Assembly (NCBI RefSeq): GCF_004010195.1
Contig: NC_057718.1
Span: 37,194,337-37,258,336 of the forward strand
Length of the DNA stretch: 64,000 nucleotides
Direction: 5' to 3'
Origin: Chiloscyllium plagiosum
Taxonomy: Eukaryota
A program made the translations under genes and the position numbers. This document shows, one piece after another, positions 51,901-63,780 of this stretch (within the stretch, counting starts at the first letter, position 1; every line of letters starts with the position of its first letter). The notes beneath the pieces are model-generated. The model did not search any database, was not told the DNA's origin, and saw only the letters and a list, made by a program, of their open reading frames with translations.

Positions 51901-52948
51901 GTACTGGCTGCATGGCTATCCTCAATGCCCCTGACCTAAAAGGATGAAAATAATCAGGTTGAATTACTACTCCTGATCATTTTACAGTGATACCGTGGAT
52001 ATATGTGGTCATTGGACAAAGTTGGGTTGGAATTCAGCTGTCAGCCTTCTCATTCAAACAATTCAAGCTCAGACATGAAGAATAGAACTTGGGTCAAGTA
52101 CCAGAGGACATCAAGTTCCAATGAAGCCATAACCCAGTATCTTCAAAAAACAGGGAGAAAATGGACACTGTAGTATAGTTTTACATTGCTGGTCAGCAAA
52201 TTCTCCATACCCACTTTAATACTTCAAACTAATACTTTTAAGAACGGATAGTAATGTGCTAAAAAAGTGACTGCAGGTCTTTATTAATGCTTGATCAATT
52301 CTTTGGTATCAACAGAAACAATGTCACATTGCTCAATTGAACATTTGCTTCTTTTAACAAAATTCTTGATAAAAATCTTAAAATTTAACGGCAATTTCCT
52401 TTTCCGATTAATATGTTATTTGAGTTGAATTAACTTGACAGTCATGCTTCTTTCAAAGAATGAATACCATACATCACATGTAAACAGCCTTGGTGAGTAC
52501 AAAATGATCTGTTACATTTCGCCTTTAGGCATCCTGCTGTAAATATAGGTAAAACAACACAAAACCGATTACAACAGGCACAATTCACCAGTAATAACTC
52601 AGTCTTGTATACATTTCCAATAAGCCCATATCCCAAAAGCCTGTAGGGTCAAACAAACTCACTTTACAGTTAAATGCAATGTAATAGATGCAATAGATTG
52701 TGGTCTCTTTATTCAGCTTGTCTCAAGAACCCCTGAAGCTGAATTTAATCAGCCTTAATGACCATTTACTCTACCCACAGCAGTCAGGTTGTGATTTACT
52801 GCTTAATGCAGATCCTGGCTGGAAAACAGCCAGGCTTTCCCAAGTTATCACCTGCAAATACAACATCTTTCCAGAAGTACAGCTGCAACAAAATAAAACG
52901 TAGGTGCAGCATTTAGATGTGTGCTCACAAAAAGACAGAACAAAAAAA

Positions 52949-53432
52949 ATAGAGTTAAAAAGATGTACAGCATGGAAACAGAGCCTTCGTCCAACCCATC
53001 CATGCCGACCAGATATCCCAAACCAATCAAGTCCCACCTGCCAGTACCTGGCCCATATCCCTCCATATTCATATACCCATCCAAATGCCTCTTAAATGTT
53101 GCAATTGTACCAGCCTCCATCACTTCCTCTGGCGGCTCATTCCATACCCGTACCACCCTCTGTGTGAAAAAGTTGCCCCTTAGGTCTCTTCTATATCTTT
53201 CCCCTCTCACCATAAACCTATGCCCTCTAGTTCTGGACTCCCTGACCCCAGGGAAAAGACTTTGCCTATTTACCCTATCCACGCCACTCATAATTTTGTA
53301 AACCTCAATAAGGTCACCCCTCAGCCTCCGACGCTCCAGGGAAAACAGCCCCAGCCTGTTCAGCCTCTTCCAATAGCTCAAATCCTCCAACCCTGGCAAC
53401 ATCCTTGTAAATCTCTTCTGAACTCTTTCAAG
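52949..53432 (-). mobile_element. Young HER1/CR1 LINE 3' fragment, reading frame largely open
   Basis: ORF 52848-53402 (MLPGLEDLSYWKRLNRLGLFSLERRRLRGDLIEVYKIM...). Confidence 0.9.
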
Positions 53433-54171
53433 CTAAAGAAGGAAAGCTCAAAGGACATCGCTGCCTCTTCTATGCTGCACTAAATGTCATTTTATTAATG
53501 TGATGTTGCAAAGTATTCAAAAAATATAAGTTCAAATCACAACATTCCTCTTATCTGCTCTCTGTGGCAAGTGTAGTCAGTTTTCAGCTTGACTGTCTGA
53601 ATGGTAATCTAGTGGATGCATCTCTCAACCATTACAAAATTAATCAGTTCTACTGGAATTAGAAAAAGGTGGATTCTATAATGGATGAGGGATTTAATCT
53701 GTCAGATTACTGCCCAGGCAATGAAGATACAAATCTACTCTTCTATTTACCTTCTCATCACAAAGCAACAAGATGGATGTTATGCCAAGTTTAATAATTT
53801 CTCGTCATACGACTGACATATTTCACCTAGGAAAGCACACATTGTACAATCGAGTGCCCAAAATAGGCGACACACACCGCGAACAATTTCCAATTAGCAA
53901 CTATTGTAATCCAGAAAGTCGGCTGAGGGAAGTTAGGAATGAATCCAATATTTCCATATTTTTTATAAACTTGCATCTCTTAAACTTGCCGCCATAGTTT
54001 CAATTTGCTCCCAATTATTGGGTAAAAGTGATTCCCCAGTTAAACTCAACCAACTCCATTAAATTAAAATGTAATTCATAGACAATACATCTCATGCCAA
54101 GTTACTGAAAGCATACAGTTTATACATATTCATTTCTAAGCAATGAGATATGCCTACACAAACACACTGTA

Positions 54172-54275
54172 TTAGATAGGAATATAGGCCATTCAGCCCC
54201 TCGAGCCTGTTCCACATTTCAATGTGATCATGGCTGATCTGTAGTTTAAATCCACATACCTGCCTTTGGCCCATA
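54172..54275 (-). mobile_element. CR1 3' tail
   Basis: ataggccattcagcccctcgagcctgttcc..gatcatggctgatct. Confidence 0.65.
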
Positions 54276-54730
54276 AGCAGTTCCCCCATATTATTGCAGC
54301 CCTGTGTTACTCTATCATCTTTAAATGCACTCTTCCCATCGATTTATTTGAAATAAAATTTCTTGTATTTTTAATTTTTGTAATTCACATGTTAAATTTA
54401 TACATCTATTTTTGTGACTTCTACTCTTTCACACCTGGTAGTTCCTTATTTAGAGGAGGGAGAAACACAACAGTCTAGTTACACCAACAGAAATATAGTG
54501 GGATCAACTCGATATTGTTTTGTGGGAACATACTACAGTTGTGCTAGCAATTGAGGTTTCTCCTGGGGTAGAGGGAGGAATAGAAAATCTTTAGCTGCAT
54601 TAGAACTATGAAGGGTGTTATTCTTTCAATTGATGGAAGAATATAGTTACAGAACACAGTAATGCACTTGTTACTTTGAATCTAGTCTTAATTTGGCTCC
54701 TGGTGGGAGTTGGGCTGAGGTGAACAGGAA

Positions 54731-54782
54731 ATTGACAGGCCTTGGCAATGTGAGATTGACAGGCCTTGGCAATGTGAGATTG
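54731..54782. repeat. Perfect 24-bp tandem duplication
   Basis: attgacaggccttggcaatgtgag x2 plus attg. Confidence 0.9.
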
Positions 54783-56049
54783 TGATTATTCAGGTCTCAT
54801 GGGTGTTCTCAACAAAACTCAACAAAAAGTGCCAGCTGACTGATGTGGTTTCTAGGGTCAAACTCCTCTGTCAGTATGATATGTTCCGACTGCTATCCTA
54901 TACACTAGCTTACACAACCTATACTACAAAGACAGAGTTCTTGTTGAGATGGATGTCTCAGAGTTTATTAACAGTTCTAGCCATTTAAACTGTTATAATA
55001 TCTCAGATTTATAGGGTAGTCTGAGTTTAATACTTATTGATATTATGGTTACATTACACGACATATAGCCGACTGCGAGATTGTTGGCTGCACTGTCTCC
55101 ACTACAGAGACACAGAGAGAGTGCTGCAGGTGAGACAAAGATGTCATCTGTCTTAAAGGCACACTGCATTTCTGAAACTTAAGCAATAATACAATATTGA
55201 CGAGCGGGTGAGGGGCTGCAATCAAGTGTCCATAGATATATGTCCCATTGGTCAGTTACATATCTAGGAATGGAGTCCCAAGGGTCTCTTGGCCAGGGTA
55301 GTGAACAATGGCAGAGGGAGGGCCTAAGCTAATCTTTTCAACCTGGGGTAGAACGCTTGCACACTGGACAACTTACAGTTTAGAAATAGTCATATTATCC
55401 TGGTACCCAGGATAATATTTCAGAAAAAAATTGAGCAGCTTGTGGGACTGACAGAGTAAAAAGATGGGCAGGATGAACTGAGCAAAAGCTAGACAAAAAT
55501 ATAAATAGAAAAGACATGGAGGAGACAGAAAGGGAATAAATCTGATTGAGAGCAAAATAATAAAACCTGCAGACGGCAGATTAGAAAGAAAGAATTAAGG
55601 GGCTGGATTTTTCACCGCTCTCTGAGAGTTGGGAATGGTTGTCCATGTGATTGTAAAATCACCTTCTACACGTTTTTAAATCCCAACATGTACAGATGCA
55701 TTCCAATTTACAAAGAGAGGGCAGGAAGGGGTGGTAACAGGGGAACCATTCACCTCCAATTCATGTTCTATAATTTCAGGAGCTTCTTAACAAGTCAGCA
55801 TTTTCAATTGGTAAATCAGCGAACCTGAACAGTTTAGTGTCTATTAGTGAACAACTGTCAGACTCAATGTGGGGAGAACTGAAAAGTTTTTCTATGTCGT
55901 AGAGAATGTTGGAACCTGGGAGAATTTTCTACTGAATTGTGGTATTACCTTTCATTTGGTCTTAGGTCATTTTCCTGCATGATTAGTGTGGCATTTTTGC
56001 CTCGGAAATATGGACAGACTAATCTAAGCAGAAGTTTCATTTGCAACGT

Positions 56050-57150
56050 ACCTCTTAGAGTCTGAAATGGGTGAATTCATCATGGAGATCAAGGAAATGG
56101 CACAGCCATTAAACAACTACTTTAGTTCTGTCATAGAGGCATAGAGTCATACAGCATGGAAACAGACCCTTCGGTCCAAACCGGTCCATGTTGAACCTAA
56201 TCCCAAACTAAACTAGTCCCACCCACCTGCTCCTGGCCCATATCCCTCCAAACCTTTCCTATTCATACATCTATCCAACTTCCCAGAAATTGTAGGGAAG
56301 CAAGGGTCTTCGGGAAGGAAGGTTTGCAGGAAATCAGTATTAGTAAAGATAGCGATGGATAAAGCAATAGTACTAGAATGCAGGTAAATAAGGACCAGAT
56401 AGTCTACATCCAAGGGTATGAAAGGAGCTGGTCATAGGAATCGTGAATGTGTTAGATCTGTACATTTTGCAACAGTCCAGCAGATTGAAAGATGGCAAAT
56501 GTAGCCCCAATACTTAAAGAAAGAAGGAAAAATGAGAAAAGGGAATGACAGACTGGTTAGTTAGCAGTAGGTGAAATCCAGGAGTGCTTGCCCAAGCAGA
56601 AATATATTTGCCATTGATATGGTTCAGCAAGTTTTCACTGGGTTGATTCTTGGGATAGCATGTTGGTCATGACAGTAGAGATTGGGTCAACTTGGCTGTG
56701 TTCACTAGAGTTCTGAAGGTGATCTGATTGAAATGTATAAATTTCTGACAGAGGTGGACAGGTTTTGTGCAGGGGTGATGTTCCCCCGATCTGGGGTGTC
56801 CACAAGAGATCGCAGTCTCAAGAAATGGAGTGGACCATTTAGGATATACAGACTGAATTTAAAACTTAGAAAATGAGACATTTCTTCACACACAGGATGG
56901 TGACCCTCTGGAATTTTCTAACTCAACAGTTGCTGGAGGTCAAATCACTAAATTATGTTTAAGAATGAAGTAGATGGATTTTTAGACACCAAAAACATCA
57001 AGGGTCTAAGAAGAGGCTGGAAGTACGCAGTTGAGGTAAAAGATCAGTCATGACCATATTGAATGATGGAGAACTCGTAATGATCTGAATTCTCTCCTCT
57101 TTCTCCTACTTTCCATGTTTCTCCTTTTGCTCCCATTTTCCATGTTTCTC
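56050..57150 (+). mobile_element. Decayed CR1 LINE with a nested minus-strand HER1 tail (56131-56281)
   Basis: gaaatggcacagccattaaacaactacttt, gattgaaagatggcaaatgtagcccc, ggtgatctgattgaaatgtataaa; duplicated tail at about 57090-57150. Confidence 0.65.
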
Positions 57151-57693
57151 TGCTTCAATTTCAGTTCAAAAACATAGCAGCTTCACTCTAAATTCTGTGT
57201 CTCCCTGTAGCCACAACCAGTCTTTACTAACAGCACAGATATCAGAGAAGAATCAACAGACATACATAATCAAAAACATAATCATTCACCAGTCCACTTA
57301 GGCTGCTGGCCCTCCGAGGGGCTGTCTGCACCATTCTGCAATGGCAGCTTATGCCACGCTTTGGCTGCCATTGTCCCTCATACTCTGAAGCAGCAACAGC
57401 TCCCTACTCCTGGTAATGCACATCTCTTCTTTGATAGTGAGATGGCCTCCAGCCCCAACAGAGCATTCACATGGTCAACCAGCATTGCACTAAATTTAGA
57501 CTTCATACCGTAAATGGTCTACCCTATTTCATGCAATGCTTTGACCCAGATGTTATCCAGGCTTCAACTATCCAAAGCAATTTGAAAAGCAAGTACAAGG
57601 TGTGAGAAAGGCAGAGAGAGAAGTAGGACAGGAGGGAGAAACAATATGACAGGCAGAATGGGAAAGGAAAACAGGAGTGTAAGAATGTGATAC

Positions 57694-59087
57694 CATAAGA
57701 CCATAAGACAAAGGAGTGGAAGTCAGGCCATTCGGTCCATTGAGTCCACTCTACCATTCAATCATGGCTGATGGGCATTTCAACTCCACTTACCCGCATT
57801 CTCCCCATAGCCCTTAATTCCTTGCGACATCAAGAATTTAGCAATCTCTGCCTTGAAGACATTTAGCGTCCCGGCCTCCACTGCACTCTGCGGCAAAGAA
57901 TTCCACAGGCCCACCACTCTCTGGCTGAAGAAATGTCTGTTCTGAATTTACCCCCTCTAATTCTAAGGCTGTGTCCACGGGTCCGAGTCTCCTCACCTAA
58001 CGGAAACAATTTCCTAGCGTCCACCCTTTCCNNNNNNNNNNNNNNNNNNNNNNNNNNNNNNNNNNNNNNNNNNNNNNNNNNNNNNNNNNNNNNNNNNNNN
58101 NNNNNNNNNNNNNNNNNNNNNNNNNNNNNNNNNNNNNNNNNNNNNNNNNNNNNNNNNNNNNNNNNNNNNNNNNNNNNNNNNNNNNNNNNNNNNNNNNNNN
58201 NNNNNNNNNNNNNNNNNNNNNNNNNNNNNNNNNNNNNNNNNNNNNNNNNNNNNNNNNNNNNNNNNNNNNNNNNNNNNNNNNNNNNNNNNNNNNNNNNNNN
58301 NNNNNNNNNNNNNNNNNNNNNNNNNNNCCAAACTGTCTAGCTCCTTCTGCAGCCTCCCCACTTCCTCAGTACTACCTGCCTGTTCACCTAACTTTGTATC
58401 ATCGGCAAACTTCGCTAGAATGCCCCCAGTCCTTTCATCCAGATCATCAATATATAACGTGAACAGCTGCGGCCCCAACACTGAACCCTGCGGGACACCG
58501 CTTGTCACCGGCTGCCATTCCGAAAAAGAACCTTTTATCCCAACTCTCTGCCTTCTGTCAGACAGCCCATCCTCAATCCATACCAGTAGCTCACCTCGAA
58601 CACCATGGGCCCTCACCTTGCTCAGCAGCCTCCCGTGTGGCACCTTATCAAAGGCCTTTTGGAAGTCTCGACATCCACTGGGTTTCCCTGGTCTAACCTA
58701 CTTGTCACCTCTTCAAAGAATTCCAACAGGTTTGTCAGGCACCACCCCCCCTTACTAAATCCATGTTGACTTGTTCTAATCCGACCCTGCTCTTCCAAGA
58801 ATTTAGAATCCTCATCCTTAATGATGGATTCTAGAATTTTACCAACAACCGAGGTTAGGTTAATTGGCCTATAATTTTCCATCTTTTGTCTTGATCCTTT
58901 CTTGAACAAGGGGGTTACAACAGCGGTCTTCCAATCATCCGGGACTTTCCCTGACTCCAGTGACTTTTGAAAGATCTCGACCAACGCCTCCGCTATTTCC
59001 TCAGCCACCTCCCTCAGAACTCTAGAATGTAGCCCATCCGGGCCAAGAGATTTATCAATTTTAAGACCTTTTAGCTTTTCTAGCACT
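57694..59087 (-). mobile_element. Young 5'-truncated CR1 LINE spanning an assembly gap; 8-bp TSD
   Basis: ORFs with GPDGLHSRVL, NYRPINLTSVVGKILE, GVPQGSVLGP, FADDTKL; tail rc cataagaccataagac; TSD tgtgatac at 57686-57693 and 59121-59128. Confidence 0.9.
58032..58327. other. Assembly gap (296 N) inside the LINE
   Basis: Run of N flanked by collinear LINE sequence. Confidence 0.99.
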
Positions 59088-60072
59088 GAACCCTGCGGGA
59101 CACCTCTTTCATTCTCTTGCTGTGATACTGGCAGCAAGAGGATGAAAGGAGAGGGCAATTAATATAAATTGAGAGGGAGACAGGGAGGGAAAGTGCGAAA
59201 GTGATGAACAAATAGAAAGAGAGGGAGAAAGTGAGAAAATTGAACAAGCCTGAACAATGACAGAGAAAAACTGAGGACAGCTTTCCTGTTATTCCTGCAC
59301 TCATTTTCTTGATGTAATGAATCTCTCATCATTTTTTAAAAAATCAAATCAGTGCACAGCAGGTCATCCACAGCACCTCAACGAAGGGTTCCAATTTAGC
59401 TCTTAAATTGAGATCAGCTACCACCCGAGAAACCACAGCCTTCCTCGCACTTCCTCGACAAAGGAAATGTTTGTTGTATTTATTATGGTGATGTGAATAA
59501 ATTTAATGTGATGACAGGCCTCAGTCAGCAGAAAGCATAACAGATCCCAAAGAATTAGCAAATCTTCGGAACACCTGTGCAGCTTCTTATGCTAATTATG
59601 AAGCAAGGTAACTACAGACAATCTGGGTTTATTTCAGTTCTGTTTGACAATGAATGGCTTTTCTGTCCTTTCTATTCCCAGCTCTGAACTCCACAATCAA
59701 TCATCACTCGCCTCCCTTTGCTATACAGCTGCAGTGAAGCGGTAAGCGACAGACGCCCATTTCAAATCAAACAACCCACAGCCAGCCAGAAAGGCTGGAC
59801 AACCCGACTTCAGTCAGCCTAGAGTCTGCCCACAACCCCAACCTGTTCAGAATTCATCTTTACAATACCCAAATGTTTTTATTTTGTCTCATTATTCAGG
59901 TCCTGAGCGATGGAATGTGACAGATTTGAACATTACAACATTAAACAAAGAATGCAATGACTCTGAGACACACAGGAAATGCAATGTGAACTTTTGTTGT
60001 GCTTGGTTTTTTATTAAATGCATGCTGTACATGGGAGAGTTAACAGGAACAAGTGAAAGATAAAAGGCTGGT

Positions 60073-60170
60073 TTCTAATGAAGGGACCTTCCTAAACGTT
60101 TAAGCTGTCTTTTATCCTTTTGGTGCTGACAGACCAGCTATGAATTTCCAGTATTTCTCTGTTTTATTTC
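60073..60170 (+). mobile_element. Old Penelope-derived terminal element with eroded hammerhead core
   Basis: tctaatgaagggaccttcctaaacgttt..ggtgctgacagaccagctatgaatttccagtatttc. Confidence 0.5.
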
Positions 60171-60282
60171 TTTGGACAAATTTTGTGTGGTAGCTGCTCA
60201 TGTTAAGTCATGGCTATGCTGTTTTATTCGTAAAGCAAGACAGACTTATTGGGAGGAATTTAACTGTCTTCACTATCAAGCT

Positions 60283-60485
60283 GGGAATTGGTTTACCTCA
60301 GTTGGCTGGCTTGTTGGTTTATGGAGCGGTGTGATGCCAAATACCATTTGAGGTTACCATGAAGGACTCGCCTTCACAACCTTGTCCCCTGCCTGAGGTC
60401 TGGTGGCCCTCAGGTTAAATCACCACCAGTTGCTTCTCTCAAATGAGAGCAACCCCCATGATCTGGTGAGACTATGGAGACATGA
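60283..60485 (+). mobile_element. tRNA-like SINE, third family
   Basis: A-box-like tacctcagttgg, body gaggttaccatgaaggactc..ccctcaggttaaatcaccacc; family assignment from recall. Confidence 0.5.
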
Positions 60486-60830
60486 CAACTGTAAAACCAG
60501 TGTTAATGACATCTCCCACCAATTCAGTTAACAGGAGACCCGTCCAACTGGACCAGCGGGCAGACTGCACACCCACAGAACCAATGGGAAAAGCCAAGGT
60601 TCTGAGTGGCAGGTGTCCTCACTGAGAGATGGACACTGCCACTGTAAATGGTGACTGGGAGGATGCCCCAAGATGCCAGGTTCCCTCTGGAGACTTAAAA
60701 ACTTCAAATGAATGATGGACACAGCTCCTATGCCATCATTGTAGATAATGGGGTGACTGTTAACCACAGTTTCAGTCCTCTAGTGCCTCCGACTCTGCAG
60801 GGTGGCAATTTAAAGGAGGTCTACAATCAG

Positions 60831-61183
60831 GAGTTACAGAGTCATACAGCCCGGTTACAGACCCTTCAGTCCAACCAGTCCATTTCGAACATAATCCCAA
60901 ACTAAACTAGTCCGACCTGGCTGCACCTGGCCCATATCCCTCCATACCTTTCCTATTCATGTATTTATCTAGGTGTCTTTTAAACTTTGTAACTGAACCC
61001 ACATCCACCACTTCCTCAGGAAGTTCATTCCACATGCGAACCACCCTCTGTAAAGAATTTGCCCCTTCTGTCATTTTTAAATTTCTCTCCGCTCACCTTA
61101 AAAATATGCCTCCTCATCTTGAAGCTCCCCCACCCTCGGGAAGAGACACTTACCATTAACCCTATCTACACCCCTCATGATTT
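60831..61183 (-). mobile_element. HER1/CR1 LINE 3' fragment
   Basis: Homologous to 56131-56281 and 11918-12342. Confidence 0.8.
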
Positions 61184-61213
61184 CTGGCTTTCTTGCATGG
61201 CAGACAAGTGTAA

Positions 61214-61218
61214 AATAT

Positions 61219-61249
<31 letters not shown>
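61214..61249. repeat. (TA)n microsatellite, interrupted
   Basis: Direct reading. Confidence 0.9.
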
Positions 61250-61622
61250 GCACACACAAGTATCTTGGAGAGATACCTTCCCAACTAGAGGATGTGCAGA
61301 GCTGAGAAAAAGCATTCTGCAGTGTGACTAACAAGAGAAACATCACACTGGATCAAAGAGCACCTTGACTTGCAACTGAATACAGAAACCTATTTGTTCA
61401 CATCAAACATCTAACTAACTACTCAAATTATTTGTTTTTAATTAAAATAAAGTAGCTTCAAAGCAGAGCAGCTGAAAGTCTGATATATAGATACAAACTT
61501 ATAATTTCAAGACCAGCTGTCAGGGGTTACAAATATCTGTAAATATTTTTGGTAGAATGATAGATGGGTTTATGAATGTAAATTGTACACATAGCATATG
61601 TGGTGTATGAATAGATTTTTTA

Positions 61623-61806
61623 GAATTAGAATTAGAATCACTACAGTGTGGAAACAGCCCTTCGGCCCAACAAGTCCACACCAACCCTCCGAAGAGTAAC
61701 CCATCCAGACGGCATTGGATTAGATTTGAATGTCTACATCATAAGTTTGATCCAATATTTTTAGGCAGATGAAAGGAATTTCTTTTTAGCAGTATTTCCT
61801 TGCATT
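61623..61806 (-). repeat. Copy 2 of the inverted duplication of 45134-45318
   Basis: Direct comparison. Confidence 0.9.
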
Positions 61807-62754
61807 GTTATGTGCTTTAAAAATTAATTGTGGGTTCAGACCATTACAGGGTCCAGACACCCCACTTGCCAGCAACTCATCCATAGGTGCAATGTTGTGT
61901 GAGGCAGCCTCCAAATTAGCCAGTTCTGTGATGGCCATCCAATTACAAACAGTAGACTGATTCCTGAGGCTTCAAACCCAACCCAGTGGGCCTGCATCCT
62001 GGACAATAGAGGAGAGCAATGATGCAGTAGGATAGTGAGTGCGAGAACGTCACCATCTTGAGGTACGCTCTGAAAATGTGTTAGATTTTTAACATTAAAA
62101 TGTGAGCACAGTTGCTAATTCACCCTCTGGATTAAAGCGTACCCCCAACTCCCCTCGGTGCTCTGACCCCTGTGCCGCTGATGGATGGGACAAGTAAAGA
62201 AACCCTTTGAGCCACCACAGCCAACAGCTGGCAAAGAACCTCCAGTACCACCTGGACTTTGGCCTCACTGAGAATCCAGCTGCCACCAGGATATACTTGA
62301 ATAGGCTTCCCACTGCTGCCCTGTAGGCTGCCCACTGCTGCCCTTACCGGTTTCAACAATCCAAGACAGAATCAGACAGAGATAGGAACATGCCAGATAA
62401 ATGAATCATGTGGTTTTTACAACATTTTTTTCAGTTACTTTCTTTGAGCCTACCTCTGTGCATCCAGGAAGATTCCATTCAAGCATGACATTTCAACTTT
62501 CTTATTAAAGCTACTTTTTCTGGCTCCCCACTGCACATAGAACAAATGCCTGGACTCACATGTATACACTGGCCTGTTGTGACACAGACATGCACACACA
62601 CCGGCGTGTTCACACACAGGAATATTGACACATCGGAACATACATTTTATTGTTTTTCAGATGAAAGAACTGATTAAGAATTGTTAATCTTGCTATTCTT
62701 CAGGTCAAAAAACAAATTCAAATTGTTCTTTATAGAAATTTGTAAATAACAAAC

Positions 62755-63780
62755 AGGTCATGCCTCACAAACCTTATCGAGTTCTTTGAGGATGTGACTA
62801 GAAAAGTTGATGAGGTTCGAGTTGTGGATGTGGTGTATATGGACTTCAGCAAGGCATTTGATAAGGCTCCCCATGGTAGGCTCATTCAGAAGATCAGGAG
62901 GAATGGGATACAGGGGAACTTAGCTGTCTGGATACAGAATTGGCTGGCTAACAGAAGGCAGCGAGTGGTAGTAGAAGGAAAATATTCTGCCTGGAAGTCT
63001 GTGATGAGTGGTGTTCCACACGGCTCTGTCCTTGGGCCTCTATAGTTTGTAATTTTTATTAATGACTTGGATGAGGGGATTGGAGGATGGGTCAGCAAGT
63101 TTGCAGACAACACAAAGGTTGGAGGTGTCATTGACAGTATAGAGGGCTGTTGTAGGCTGCAGTGGAACATTGACAGGATGCAGAGATGGGCTGAGAGGTG
63201 GCAGATGGAGTTCAACCTGGATAAATGCGAGGTGATGCATTTTGGAAGGTCAAATTTGAAAGCTGAGTACAGGATTAAGGATAGGATTCTTGGCAGTATG
63301 GAGGAATAGAGGGATCTTGGGGTGCAGGTACATAGATCCCTTAAAATGGCCACCCAAGTGGACAGGGTTGTTAATGCTGCCTGAATTGCTGTGCTCTTCC
63401 AGCACCACTGATCCAGAATCTGGTTTCCAGCATCGAAAAGAGGGGACCTAATTGAGGTATACAAGATAATGAGAGGCATAGATAGAGTCGATATCCAGAG
63501 ACTATTTCCCAGGGCAGAAATGACGAACATGAGGGGTCATAGTTTTAAGCTTGTTGAAGGAAAGTATAGAGGGGATGTCAGAGGCGGGTTCTTTACACAG
63601 AGAGTTGTGAGAGCATGGAATGCATTGCCAGCAGCACTTTTGGAGGCAGGGTCATTGGGGACATTTAAGATGCTCCTGGACATGCATATGGTCACCGAAA
63701 TTTGAGGGTGCATACATGAGGATCAGTGGTCGGCACAACATTCTGTGCTATTCTGTTCTAGTTCTATGTTCTATGTTCTA
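62755..63780 (+). mobile_element. CR1 LINE 3' portion with internal deletion filled by a Penelope-derived piece
   Basis: VYMDFSKAFD, GVPHGSVLGP, FADNTK, WQMEFNLDKC, FFTQRVVRAWN; (gttctat)n tail. Confidence 0.88.

Noticed and set aside
54731-54782. CRISPR-like repeat
   Set aside because: Directly adjacent tandem copies with no spacers, in eukaryotic DNA
57933-58643. Long ORFs crossing the gap
   Set aside because: Length inflated by N; LINE-derived
62454-62530. Minus-strand AG..GT segment (77 nt) as the next upstream PKDCC exon
   Set aside because: Stop in the required phase, wrong length parity, and no PKDCC similarity
62886-63530. 214-aa minus ORF, the longest in the track
   Set aside because: Antisense frame of a CR1 RT fragment
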